The notes under the pieces are model-generated. The model saw only the letters and a list, made by a program, of their open reading frames with translations. It made no database searches and had not been told where the DNA came from. From contig OX597818.1 of assembly GCA_951406725.2 (NCBI GenBank), positions 33,852,001 through 33,916,000 on the forward strand: DNA of 64,000 nucleotides. Reading direction: 5' to 3'. Position 1 is the stretch's first letter, and each line of letters begins with the position of its first letter. The translations under genes and the position numbers were made by a program. Source of the DNA: Octopus vulgaris. Lineage: Eukaryota. This document shows, piece by piece, positions 1 through 12,388 of the stretch.

Positions 1-429
1 CTAGATAAACTACAATGTAATTCTCTTTACAATTACTGTAATTTTAAAACAGATTACTATTGATAACTTGCTAAAAATGAAGAGGTTTATATTTATATAC
101 ATACTATCAATATTAACATGACTGTTTTGTATCATTTATTGTGTATCATTCATTATTATGTATTATTCATATTATGTATTATGATAATGCAGTGTTGACT
201 TTAACAATATAAATATTGTTATAATTAGTAAATAAATGCATAACGCAAGTGAATGATCTCATTCATGTTTATCCGACTATATCTGAGATATAATCATAAT
301 AGTAAAATAAATTCCATTGAATTCGGAAAGCTGTTTTCATTGATTTTTATGTATTAGACAATTCACTACTACGCTTATAGATTCACAAGTTTACCTGCAT
401 TTTCTGTAACCAGGCATTTTAAATGAGAT

Positions 430-1364
430 GGGACCCTGACAAATACCATGGGTAAAAGCGGGTATTCAATTTGTTGGTGAGTTCCAGGCCATGATTGACA
501 ATGATCCTTTCAAGTCAGTCAGGTCCATCACCAGGAACATGGCCGTGTCTGATTTTCCTATCAGGCAAGTTGTGCATGAAGACGTTCGGTATTCCTCATA
601 CAAGATAATAAAGAAACAATTTTTATCCCAAGCCTTCAAGGACAAAAGAATAAACCACGTTACGAAGCTTTTGAACAAATTCAAGCATCCCCTCCAACCG
701 AACATTCTTTGGGTTTTCTCAGACGAGAAAAATTTCTACCAAGATTAGACGGTGAACACACAGAACAACCGTTGGCTTGCCGTGATCCTAAAACATGTAC
801 CAAGAGTGATAAAAATCAAACATCCAATCAACATCATCGTGTTTGGAGTGATTACTAACGATGGCGACGTTATGCCTCCATTCATCTTCCAACACGGCCT
901 TAGACTCAACACGAAGGCCAACATCAAGTGCCTGGAGGAGGTAGTGCTGCCTTGGGTCACAAGGGTTGTTGCTAGAAGACCCAGTCATGGCTCTCAGACA
1001 ATTTCTGCAACCACATCACCCTTAAGATCTGGCCACCTGACTCCCCAGACTGCAACCCCCTTAATTATTATGTGCGGGGCACAGTTGAGCGAGAGACCAA
1101 CAAAACTCCTTGTAACACCAAAGATGAACTGAAGGTAAGGATTATGGCAGCATTCACCATCTTAAACGAGGTGACCCTCCAGAAAAGTTGCAAAACATTC
1201 CAAAGCCTGTCTGGAGGCCGTGATTGAAGCCAATTGTGATTTTATCAAATGAATTTACTCTTTCAAGATATTTTTTGTAATTTTGGCAAATATATCAGTT
1301 AAAATGAGATGTCATTGTTATTTTCATTTTTGCGTAATTTAGACAATTTATTCACAACACGCTG
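430..1364 (+). mobile_element. Decayed IS630-Tc1-mariner transposon, DD37D (maT)-like transposase pseudogene with 3' TIR
   Basis: ORFs 491-748 and 752-1132 give WVFSDEKNF, NTQNNRW, VFGVITNDGDVMPPFIF. A shifted frame continues WPPDSPDCNPLNY. There is an in-frame stop, and the middle Asp motif is deleted. A TIR-like end ...ttattcacaacacgctg precedes an AT run. Confidence 0.85.
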
Positions 1365-1456
1365 TTTATATATGTATATATATATATATATATATACATA
1401 CATACATACATACATACATACATACATACATACATACATACATACATACATACATA

Positions 1457-1850
1457 AAAGCAAGGTATACTGGTGGAACATCCCGATAAAATCACTAATT
1501 CGGTGCAAACATAACAGACTTGATATTGTTCTGTGGGACAGGGAACAAAAAATATGCACTGTTGCAGGGATCAGCTGCCCAGCGGATGTGACTGTACAAT
1601 GAAAAGTCGAAGAGAAAAAGAGTATTTATGGAGAAGTAACGCGGAACTTACAGCTCTTCTGTACCCTGAATATGAATTCTCGTCTGTACTTTTCATTAGA
1701 GATGTATTAGATTATGTACGTCGAAATACGCACAAATCCTAGAAATATTCGGTTTCACGGATAAAGAGCTAAAGAAACTGAAGCGGATTCTCCAAATCCA
1801 ATCTAATAGTGGCAGAGGGAAGACTATAAGACATTCCAAAAATTCTTCGT
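1457..1850 (+). mobile_element. 5'-truncated non-LTR retrotransposon fragment with restriction-like endonuclease (R4/Dong-like), copy 1
   Basis: Translation KVYWWNIPIKSLIRCKHNRLDIVLWDREQKICTVAGISCPAD fits the HNRPD...E..P...K PD-(D/E)xK RLE pattern. Begins directly after (CATA)n. Confidence 0.75.
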
Positions 1851-2130
1851 GTGAAGTTTTTTTATTTGAATAGAAGCACTCAATTGGGTGTTTGCATCGA
1901 CAGTTCAACTAACACACAAACTCGACCACATATTTACAAGCACCAGGAACTCTCTTAAATCAAAACATCTTGTCGCTTTGTTAGCGACCGGCTACATCCA
2001 TCCATCCACCCATCCCTCCATCCTTCCATCCATTTATCCATCCATCCATCCATCCATCCATCCATCCATTCATCCATCCATCCATCCATCCATCCATTCA
2101 TCCATCCATACATACATACATACATACATA

Positions 2131-2522
2131 AAAAGGAATACTGGTGGAATGTACCAGTGAAGACCTCAATAAAATGTATGCACAACAGACCTGGTATAAA
2201 TGATTTGGAATAGAGAAGAGAAACTGTGCACAGTTGTGGAAATTAGCTGCACGGCGGATGTTAGCATAAAGCTGAAGATCAGTGAAAAAGAGAACACCTA
2301 TGTCGAACCATTGAGAAATCTGCAGTTATTCTATGCATATTACAAGTTTATGTTTATACCTGTAATTAGTGGGACTCTGAGATATGTAACACACTGCCTA
2401 AATACCAATCTTGAGAAATTAGGCTTCTCAGAACTAGAAAGGTGAAAGCTAATTCGAAGACTACACATCAAATCTATCACTGGAACTCTAAGAAACTGTG
2501 ATACTTTCCAGACGTTTATCAT
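2131..2522 (+). mobile_element. 5'-truncated RLE-type LINE fragment (R4/Dong-like), copy 2
   Basis: [20 protein letters not shown], then ORF 2200-2445 [33 protein letters not shown]...FIPVISGTL. Begins directly after (CATA)n. Confidence 0.8.
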
Positions 2523-2686
2523 TCAAATATATATGAGCATGTCTAGATATGTAATTATATGCATGAGAATACATACAAAAAACATACAAATCTGCACAAA
2601 CATACATACATACATGCATACATATATACACACATACATATATATATGCATACATACATACATACATACATACATACATACATACA

Positions 2687-2720
<34 letters not shown>

Positions 2721-2732
2721 CATACATACATA

Positions 2733-3036
2733 CAAAATTACCATGTTGTTGATGTTGGAATTCCAATGAAAGAGCCTTGGATCTAGGTTAGAAACTGGTT
2801 CTTTATTGGCAAGAAATCTTGAAATAAACTGTATAAAGACATACATACATACATACATACATACATACATACATACATACATACAAAAATACGTACATAC
2901 ATACATACATACGTAGATACATACAAAATTACCCTGTTCTTGATGTTGAAATTCCAGTGAAATAACCTTGTGATCTAGGTTAGAAACCGATTCTTTCTCT
3001 ATTGATAAGAAATCTTCAAATAAACTGAATAATGAC
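2733..3036 (+). repeat. Two ~105-bp direct repeats (2733-2838, 2925-3036), each bounded by (CATA)n; probable 3' UTR of the RLE LINE
   Basis: Both read aaaattacc.tgtt.ttgatgttg.aattcca.tgaaa...gatctaggttagaaac...aagaaatctt.aaataaactg.ataa..gacatac. Confidence 0.75.
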
Positions 3037-3667
3037 ATACATACATACATACAGGAATAAGACTAATTGTAAGATTGAGAAACGGGGAGAAAATATATGG
3101 AATACGCTTAACTGTTTGCATAGCCCATTCGAATTCCGTTAGGCAGTAATATAGCAAATGTACAGAAAATAAGGTATGAACCTAAATATGATGATAAGTC
3201 CTGCCTTAAAATGTCAGACTTGATCATATGAACATTATGTTGAACATTGGCATGAAAACTGTTTCTTCTTTATAATCGATAAACGGTTGCTATGACAACA
3301 AACCCTACTTAAATTCAGAGATCCACACTTGAAGATTACATACGTCTTCCCTAATAGCTATTGCGCTCTTAAACGATAAGATCACGTGTATGTTTAAAAA
3401 TGTGTGTGTATGTATATGTATGTGTATGTATGTGTGCGTGAATGTATTTATGTCCCTCTTTTACGCATTATATATATATATATATATATATTATGGACGT
3501 ATTTAAAAATGGAGAAAGAGAAATAGATATGCATATTTGTATATGGTTGTATTCATATGCGTTTTCTCTTTTTTTTTTGCTTAAAAATGCGTATAAATAT
3601 ATACATAGCTACTTATATTCAGTGGATCTTAATCATACACACACACACACACACGTGTATATATATA

Positions 3668-3722
<55 letters not shown>

Positions 3723-3782
3723 ATGTATGTATGTATGTATGTTTGCATGTATGTAGTATGTATACAGAGAGAGATAAAGAGG

Positions 3783-3827
<45 letters not shown>

Positions 3828-4046
3828 ACAGACAGACAGACATATACATAGAAATAAAAGAAAATATAAGAGTTTTTTTTATTAGATATTTAATTACACT
3901 ATCCTACGTATATTTCTTTAAATAGTATGTTTATTATTACGTAATTTTCATTACCTAATGAAGAATTGTGAAATCGTCAGAGACGTGTAACTTTCGTGCC
4001 TAAATAATTGTATTAAACGTTGGCAGAATTCATTGTTGTCTCAACG

Positions 4047-4112
<66 letters not shown>

Positions 4113-4158
4113 TAGGTTGAAAAGAAACACACGTGTTGATATGTATAAAGAAAATAAA

Positions 4159-4555
4159 ACAAGGTAGAAAATACTAAAATAATTTTTTCATGAAGAAAAT
4201 TTTAGTACCAGTTTCAATGTTTGCGACTTTTTCAACTTGAAAATGAATTAAATTGGGGAAAAATTAAATGAAATGTTTTTCTTTTAAATATTTCCATAGT
4301 TTTCAAACGCAAGACAAGAATTCATGTCAAACTAGCTGCTGCTAACTACCTAGAACTCACAAGAGTAGAAAAGGGAGACAGAGACAGACTGAAAAATGGA
4401 TAATGTCCCTTGCATTTGAAAACTATGGAAATATTTTTAAAAAAACATTTCATTTGATTTTTCAACAATTTATGTGTTTTTCACGCGTCATCTAAGTTGA
4501 AACCGGTACTAAAATGTTCTTCATGATAAAATTATTTTAGCATTCTCTACCTTGT
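4159..4555. mobile_element. Imperfect inverted-repeat element (arms ~4159-4313 and ~4409-4555), PLE pseudo-LTR-like
   Basis: acaaggtagaaaatactaaaataatttttt...gtaccagtttcaa is the reverse complement of ttgaaaccggtactaaaatg...ctaccttgt. A second matched block surrounds aaatatttccatagttttcaaa. Confidence 0.65.
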
Positions 4556-4557
4556 AT

Positions 4558-4782
4558 TAGGATTGGCCAAAAGTTACTGTACAGTAAATCACAATTCCAT
4601 AAATACTTAATATTCAATTTTATTCATTCATTTGAAAAAATGTGTCGCTCAAGGACTTCAGTTTGCACAATTTTCATAATCTTTCATAATTAGATTCTTT
4701 TATTAAATACATTCAGTTGTTTAACCTAAATAAATCTTTTAAATGGTTTGATTTACTGTCAGGTGACTTTTGGCCAACCCTG
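4558..4782. mobile_element. Tc1/mariner-type MITE
   Basis: TIRs taggattggccaaaagttactgtacagtaaatca and tgatttactgtcaggtgacttttggccaaccctg, the latter followed by TA. Confidence 0.75.
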
Positions 4783-4836
<54 letters not shown>

Positions 4837-5134
4837 AGAGAGACTGTGCCTTTTTTCCAATAGTTCCAGAAGTAATCTGGAAGACACTATAGAAGGTCAA
4901 TGATGCTACTCTTCGTCGTCTGACGAAACCTTACGTTCAAATGAACTTTCAGTAGAGGACACGTTAATTCGATTCTAACTATGCTCTGATTTTCCCCTAA
5001 CATTCACGTCAGCCTTGTATACCTACATTAAAAAACAGAATGTTTGAACGAAACGTAAACACATATTTGCTGTTCTCACTTGCTTAAACATAATTAGAGA
5101 ATATAATTAAAAAGACCAGCAATCTCGAAGGAGA

Positions 5135-5280
5135 CGGTAAGTCAATTACATCGATCCCAGTGTCAAGTTAGTGTCTTGTTTTATTGGTTCGGATTGATGA
5201 AAGGCAAAGACGGCCTCGGGGGAAACACCGTTAAGTATTTTGCTGAGCGTGCTAACGAATCTACCAGTTTACCGCTTTCA
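5135..5280 (-). mobile_element. Degraded SINE family B copy
   Basis: Matches the better copies: gtcaattacatcgatcccagtg...gatgaaaggcaaag...gtgctaacgaatctaccag. Confidence 0.6.
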
Positions 5281-5559
5281 AAACCTATATAATAACGGCA
5301 GTATTCGCAGTTTATCCTATCGTGTCACCACCATACAAATGTCAGCAAAATATTAGAATATCGTGCGTGTATATTTGTACACAAACAGCCATTGCTTTCA
5401 TTGTGTGTCTATATACATAAGTGTCTGTATACATGTCTGTCTGTGTGTGTGTGTGTGTATGTGTCTGCATGTGTATCTATATACCCATGTAGCTAGATGT
5501 GTGTGTACGTGTGTATAAGTGTGTGCGTGTGACTATATACTCGTGTGTATATATACTCT

Positions 5560-5686
5560 TTGTAAGCCTAGTACTTATTCTATCGGTCTCTTTTGCCGAA
5601 CCGCTAAGTTACGGGGACGTAAACACACCAGCATCGATTGTCAAGCGATGTTCGGTGCATAAACACAGACACACATACATACACAG

Positions 5687-5700
<14 letters not shown>
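5560..5700 (-). mobile_element. Partial SINE family A copy
   Basis: tttgtaagcctagtacttattctatcggtctcttttgccgaaccgctaagttacggggacg matches the family A 3' half. Confidence 0.75.
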
Positions 5701-5776
<76 letters not shown>

Positions 5777-5805
5777 TCGTGTGTCTATATACATATTGAC
5801 ATCCA

Positions 5806-6125
5806 TGAAAGCGCATGGCTCACTGGCTAGAGCGTCGGCCTCACCTACATGAGGTAGTGACGTCGGTTTGCGGACCAGGCTGTGTGTTGTGTTCTTGAGC
5901 AAGACACTTTATTTCACTCCAATTTATTTGCTCCAGTTCACTCAGCTCTAGAATATGAGTTGCGACGGCACTGGTGCCAATCTGTATCGACCTTTGCCTT
6001 CCCCTTGGATAACATCGGTGGAGAGGGGAGGCTGGTATCCATGGACGACTGCTAATCTTCCAGAAAATAGCCTTGCTCTGAATTGTGCACTCGAAAGGGA
6101 ACATGCTTGGTGCGATCCCAGTGAG
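5806..6125 (+). mobile_element. tRNA-derived CORE-like SINE (family D)
   Basis: A-box-like tggctcactggctagagcg, then CORE-like tgttgtgttcttgagcaagacactttatttcac. Confidence 0.6.
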
Positions 6126-6842
6126 GTCTTTACTTTTTTTTACGTTTCCTCATATGATTTCTTTTTAAAATCAGTTCATCTTTGATATTAAGAAGACCTA
6201 CATCCGAAGACGTTCCTAGCGTGAAAATCCCGTCTATTATCCTGTCATGACGCATCAAAGAATACATTTTCTAACGTATCCTTCCTATTTTAAAACATAT
6301 GTGTATAACTGGGGAAGATTTGGATACTATTTCTTGTAGCTTAGGCGGGCCATAACGTATCTTTTGCTATATCAACCTACTTATTCTCCCAATTTTACGA
6401 AGGTAGAGTGTGATCTGAGTGAGATTTGATTGCTATTTCTAGCAGACTGATTGATCACTTAAAGATTCCTCACCTGAATATATAGATACCAACGGCAGGA
6501 TTTCCTCAAACTAATATGTATGATGCTATGGCCACTTGGGCACATTATTCAACATTAATCCGTGTTACTTATCAAAAAATAATGATAATACATCTCCAGA
6601 CTATTATATATATGTGCCTTGTAGACATACGTATTTACACACACACATACACACACACACCAGCAGTTACAATCTTAACCCATAGCATATGGCAGTCTTA
6701 ATGAACAGCAAGAAATACAACCATGACCATTCCATCTTTCTCAATCATTATCCAAAAAGGCGCGACGACAAACCCACAGTGGATGTTTGAGTTTCTTCAG
6801 GTCACCGAGAAGTGTTTTAATGAGCATAAACCTCGGGGTGCA

Positions 6843-6979
6843 TACCAACCACATGGTTTCGGGTTCAGTCCCACTGCGTGGCACCTTGCACAATTGTCTT
6901 CAACTATAACCTCGGGCTGACCAATGCCTTGTGAGTGGATTTGGTAGACGGAAACTGAAAGAAGCCCATCGTATAAATG

Positions 6980-7031
<52 letters not shown>

Positions 7032-7224
7032 TGTATTTGTGCCCCCAACATCGCTTGACAACCGATGCTGTTGTGTTTACGTCCCCGTAACTTACCGGTT
7101 CGGCAAAAGAGAACGATAGAAAAAGTACTAAGCTTACAAAGAATAAGTCCTGGGTTCGATTTGCTCAACTAACGGTGCTGCTCCAGCATGGCCGCAGTGA
7201 AATGACTGAAACAAGTAAAAGAGT
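6843..7224 (+). mobile_element. SINE family A (tRNA-like head, CORE-like ccttgggcaag, internal (TA)n(TG)n, gtaaaaga tail)
   Basis: Same body as more than ten other copies in the window; B-box-like gggttcagtccc. Confidence 0.85.
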
Positions 7225-7604
7225 ATGCGTTGGCTGTTGGCGTCTCTGGGAGGCATTGCAACCAGTCGAAAAATTATATTTTCATCTTGCTGCTCCCCAA
7301 TGTAATCCTTCACCCTGCATTTGGGTGAACTGCGCTGGTCGCGTTTCCTCACAGCACGATCATACAACAGTTTCTACTGTGTTATATGGGACTAGCAACA
7401 AGAGAGCCAGACGCGACCAATATATCAACACACACAAGCACGCTATAAACATACATATTCAGAATGTATGCCGACATGTGGGTGATGTGTGTGTGTGCGT
7501 TTGTGCATGTGTGTACACATAGATAAAAATCTTTTGTTGAGGAAAGCACAAATAAATATTTTATAAATATATCCGAATGGACATTTTAGCATAAAATAGA
7601 AATA

Positions 7605-7662
7605 TGCTACTACTACTACTACTACTACTACTACTAAGGCAACGGCGGCAGCAGCAATGGCT

Positions 7663-7737
<75 letters not shown>

Positions 7738-7890
7738 CTGGTGGCAGCAGCGGCGACGGCGGCAGCAGCAATGGCTGTATTAGTAGTAGTAGTAGTAGAA
7801 GTAGTGGTGGTGGTGGTGGTGGTGGTGGTGGTGGTGGTGGTGGTGGTGCTGCTGCTGCTGCTGCTGCTGCTGGCGGCGGCGGCAGTGGTG

Positions 7891-7969
<79 letters not shown>

Positions 7970-8010
7970 CGGTGGCGGCGGCGGTGGCGATTGTCGTCGT
8001 CGCCGTTGCC
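7605..8010. repeat. Compound trinucleotide microsatellite (TAC/GTA/GTG/CTG/GCG)
   Basis: Direct reading. Includes a duplicated cggcggcagcagcaatggctgta at ~7643 and ~7757. Confidence 0.95.
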
Positions 8011-8294
8011 GTCGAAGTGGCAGTCTTTGGAGAGAGGGTCGGCTTCTATTGCTATTCTGCGTTCTGTTTCTATTCCTCTGTGCTTTATTGAGTGTAATGA
8101 GTGACGTACACTGATATCGAGTTTAAAGATAAATTAATGACCATAATGATGTTGTTATTGTTAAGGATGATGATGATGATACACATCATCACCATAATCA
8201 CATCGTCGTCATCATGAAGACGACGACTCTAGTAATTATAATTATGTCGATAAATCAACCATATTGATATCAACACACTCATTAATATCGACGT

Positions 8295-8490
8295 CATCAT
8301 TATCAAGCACTTCAACATCATCATCATCATCATCATCATCCTCATCATCATCATCATCATCGTCATCGTCATCGCCAGTATCACCACCAACAACAACCAC
8401 CACCACTGTCGTCAGCATCATCGTCGTCATCATCATCATCATCATCATCATCATTATCATCACCCTCATCATCATTAGCATCATCATTCA
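8295..8490. repeat. (CAT)n-rich low-complexity tract
   Basis: Direct reading. Confidence 0.9.
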
Positions 8491-8734
8491 TCAATATCAC
8501 CACAGCCATCGGCATCATCAGCTACACATTGCTATCACTAATGACACCGTTATAATAGCGCACCTTACCTCCGTTGGAATCGACAGTAATTAATTATATT
8601 ATCCATCATTACCGTCATATATTGCTAATATATATATATTTGCAAATGGTAATTCATTCCCAAAATTTCTTCCTCTGTCTTCGCATACATGTGTGTGTCT
8701 GTGTGTGTGTGTGTGATTGCGTGCGTGTAAGGGT

Positions 8735-8900
8735 ACGGTCCCACTCCGTGGAACCTTGGGCAAGTGCCTTTTGCTGTGGCCTCGGTCCGATCAATGCCTT
8801 GTGAGTCGGTTTGGTACACGGGAAATGAAAGAAGCCCGTCGTATATATGTATATATGTATATATGTGTGTGTGCGTGTGTGTGTGTGCGTGCGCGCGTGT
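8735..8900 (+). mobile_element. Partial SINE family A copy (5' half)
   Basis: gtcccactccgtggaaccttgggcaagtg...gaaagaagcccgtcgtata. Confidence 0.75.
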
Positions 8901-9076
8901 GTCTGTGTGAGTGTGTGTGTGTAAGAATAATATAACACGAGGAAGGAGGCCATGGGATGGGACTTTTAACAATTTCTTACAACATCTGTTTCTGCACCGC
9001 ACACCACCTTTGAGATGTTGAGTCTATATTCATATATATTTAAGCAAAATTACTTTTTTACAATTACTATACGGAC

Positions 9077-9207
9077 AAGAAGGTTGCTTAACAACCACAT
9101 CATCCAGTGTTCAGTCCCATTGCGTGAAATCTTCGGAAAGTGTCTTCTACTATAGCCTCGGGTCGACCCCAGTCGATATAGTAGATGGAAACTGAAAGAA
9201 GCCCGCC

Positions 9208-9253
<46 letters not shown>

Positions 9254-9467
9254 GTGTGTGTGTAAGTTTGCTCCCCCATCACCATCTACAAACCGGTGTT
9301 GGTGTGTTTACGTTCCAGTAACTTAGCGGTTCGGCGAAAGAGCCCGATAGAATAAGAACCAGGATTTAAAAATAAGTACTGGGGTTGATTCATTCGACTA
9401 AAATTTCAAGGTGGTGCTCTAGCATGGCCGCAGATTGAAACAGGTAAAAGATGAAAAAAGATAAAAG
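9077..9467 (+). mobile_element. SINE family A
   Basis: Near full-length diverged copy with internal microsatellite and gtaaaag tail. Confidence 0.8.
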
Positions 9468-9689
9468 TTTAATCCTTTTTAGCAACAGCCGTGTGTGCGT
9501 TCTTCGTCGGGTGTAGCCTGATATCCGCCGTCGCCGAGTTATAATATACTTATATCAATCATAGGCCAAGAGAAATTCCACATGTTATCCTACAGCATGG
9601 CATATTGCAGGGCTGGATACACATGTGGATCACCTCTTGGTTTATATATATATATATATATTTCTGGGGAAAACTTCGTAACGTGCATA

Positions 9690-9830
9690 TATAAAATAAG
9701 GGATCCTGTATCACAGAAGAGTTTTAAAAAAGTTTTAAAGTAAGATTAGGTTTGGCCGTGAAAAGAAAAGCCTACGGAAAAGACCACGATAACTACAGGC
9801 AGAGAGGGAATAAATACATGAGAGCAAAGT

Positions 9831-9897
<67 letters not shown>

Positions 9898-10962
9898 TAC
9901 AGGATCTTGCTGAAAGTGGTTTCGTTATGCGCACGCACCATCTTTGCTACATTCACCCACCATTTTGAAACTTTCACGAGACAAAACCTGCCTCCCCATT
10001 CTCACCTTCCTTTTCAAGTGGTACTTGAAAAAGTTGACAAGCGATTGCCCAGTGAGGTAAGTGTTTGTCTCTACCCTTTCGCTCGTGTCTACAAAACACA
10101 TTCTTTCAACATGGCCACCAGTACGATGAAGACCGCCTTGCCTTCCCGGTTGAGGGAAGGTGACGGAGCAATTGTCACGATAGACTCGGCCGACAAGTAA
10201 ACTTGTCCAACACGTGACAGCAGCCATTCGGCATAAGCCCACAGGTCCGAAATGGTTGGACACTGCACAAGTGCGTGCAAAACAGTTTCGTCGCTCTGAT
10301 CGCATCTTGGGCAAATCGGTCCGGTGTGTCTCAAATTGTGCCTGTAGAGCTTATCCCGAACGGGTAATGCTTCTCGATAGCACTGCTAGGCCAGGGATCT
10401 TTGGTGATGGCCCATAGGGCTCGACCTGAAAGTTTTCTGAACAGGCGAGTCAGGTGTTCCTCGTCGACGCCCAGATTCTGCCCGAGAACGTCGTCGCACC
10501 TCGCCTCCATTTATCCTCTATAGAACGCCTTTGTTGTAATCCTCTATAGAACGCCTTTACCGACAGAGTTGCTTGAGAGCAACGCAACACTCGCGACGCA
10601 ATTCACCTAGCTTCGGTCGCTGTTTAATCCACGACTGCTGTTCGGCTAAGGAGACGAGCTGCAGGAAAGCGCGCCGCACAAACGGCGAGCACACCTGTTC
10701 ACCGTCGTCTATGAAGCGCTGGATATGTCTCGATCTCAGCGCATGCCTAGCTCTCCATTTAGCGGGTATTGACAGCAAATGGATCGCCTAACCATCGGAA
10801 CGCTTCCTTTTCACAAGAAGCGGAAGAGTATGCGTTCCAGTTTGGTGATGGTAGGGTCGAGACAAGGCACGACGGTCAGACGGTAATCAATTACGGATGC
10901 TATGTAGGCCTCGCCACCTCCGCCCGACCTTTTAGGGATAGCTTCCTCTCGGCCCATTGCTG
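9690..10962 (-). mobile_element. 5'-truncated Tx1/L1-like LINE (RT C-terminus, zf-RVT zinc motif, 3' UTR)
   Basis: Minus-strand peptides [31 protein letters not shown]...KLERILFRFL, ALRSRHIQRF and CPRCDQSDETVLHALVQC (CxxC...H...C). Frameshifted. Confidence 0.85.
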
Positions 10963-11009
10963 GATAGATAGAGAGAGAGAGAGAGAGAGATAAACAAATT
11001 GATGAATGC

Positions 11010-11079
<70 letters not shown>

Positions 11080-11215
11080 GGATAGATAGATGGATGGATA
11101 AACAGATAGATAGCTGGATGGATGCATGGATGGATGGATGGATGGATGGATGGATGGATGGATGGAAGGGTGGGTGAGTGGATGGATGGATGGAATGTAT
11201 AGATAGATAGAGACA
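10963..11215. repeat. (GA)n/(GATA)n/(GATG)n microsatellite
   Basis: Direct reading. Confidence 0.95.
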
Positions 11216-11486
11216 GATGAAGTATAAAGGCATGGGCATAAACACACATACACATATAGAAAAATTGGTAGAGACATAAAATATATATCTCTATTACATA
11301 GATATATAAACACATATCACTGCATTTTCATGTTATATACTTTTATACATAACGCTGTCTTCACAGTGAAGTACTTCGCGCCAAGAATCAACCACGAAAT
11401 TCTATTGGCATCTTTTGATCCCCGGCTTCCATACAACATCACATCATCATGGAACCAAAAATACACGCATGCACCACAGATTATTA

Positions 11487-11536
<50 letters not shown>

Positions 11537-12388
11537 ACACACATATATATATATATAAACATATATGCACACAGATATATACACAATATTCATACATATA
11601 TTTTACTTATTTCGCACTTCACTAATATACTATGTTTGCAAGGCCGTTTTTCTTCTCATTAATTTCTCATTAGAATCTGGCAATGAATGGTATATTTATA
11701 TTAATACCTAATTCCCGGCGCCAAACCACTTCTTCATTCTATATTTTAATGCTATTCTGGATTTACAATTTGAAGGAATATATACATTTTTTTCTTTTAT
11801 TTGCTGCTATGTGAGCGTGTATGTGTACGAGTGTCTCTGTGTGTAAGTGTATTTTTAATAAATGTTATTGCACTAATTCTTTTAAAAGTGGTATTCTTTG
11901 CTTGTTTTCTTTATATGATAGTGTCACGTTGCTATTTCTTCAAATTACATTCCAATTGATATTAAAGAGGTATGTAAACGTGAAGTGAGAAGTGCTAAAA
12001 AGGTGGCTTATAAGAAAACCATAGCCAGGATGCGGGGCACTGAGTATGCTTCCCGCTTGTTTTGGGCTAAATTTGGGGAAGTGTTCTTATCTTTTAGAGA
12101 GATGAATCGGGGATTTGTAGGGATGCAGAGCAAAAGTTTTTTTTGTTTTGTTTTGTTTTTTTTGTTTTTTGTTACACATATAGTGTATAGTATAAGGTAT
12201 GAAATGCCTTCAAGGAAAAGGAAAAGGAAAGAGACGGTAACAGGTATTAGTATAACAAGTAGCAATAATAGCAATGATGACAGTCCCCAGAGGTGAAAAC
12301 TTTGCCTGCTGTTATTGCTTTTGGATTATGTCTTCGGAACACCACACGTCACTGCTTCTGGAATAGCGAGATCCACTAAAGGAAGTCG

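Noticed and set aside
2733-3036. Regularly spaced repeats suggestive of a CRISPR array (also the triple 21-mer at 20131-20657)
   Set aside because: Spacers are microsatellite or SINE copies, the context is eukaryotic, and there are no cas genes.
3930-4990. CTGACGA hammerhead-like cores at ~3975 (-) and ~4920 (+); likewise CTGAYGA at ~13843, 28768, 29361 and 59733
   Set aside because: No properly placed GAAA with closing stems I and II; such cores are expected by chance.
7657-8593. Poly-Val/Ala/Leu and poly-Ser/Asp/Ile ORFs resembling membrane or low-complexity proteins
   Set aside because: Compound trinucleotide repeats open in several frames, with no splice or homology support.
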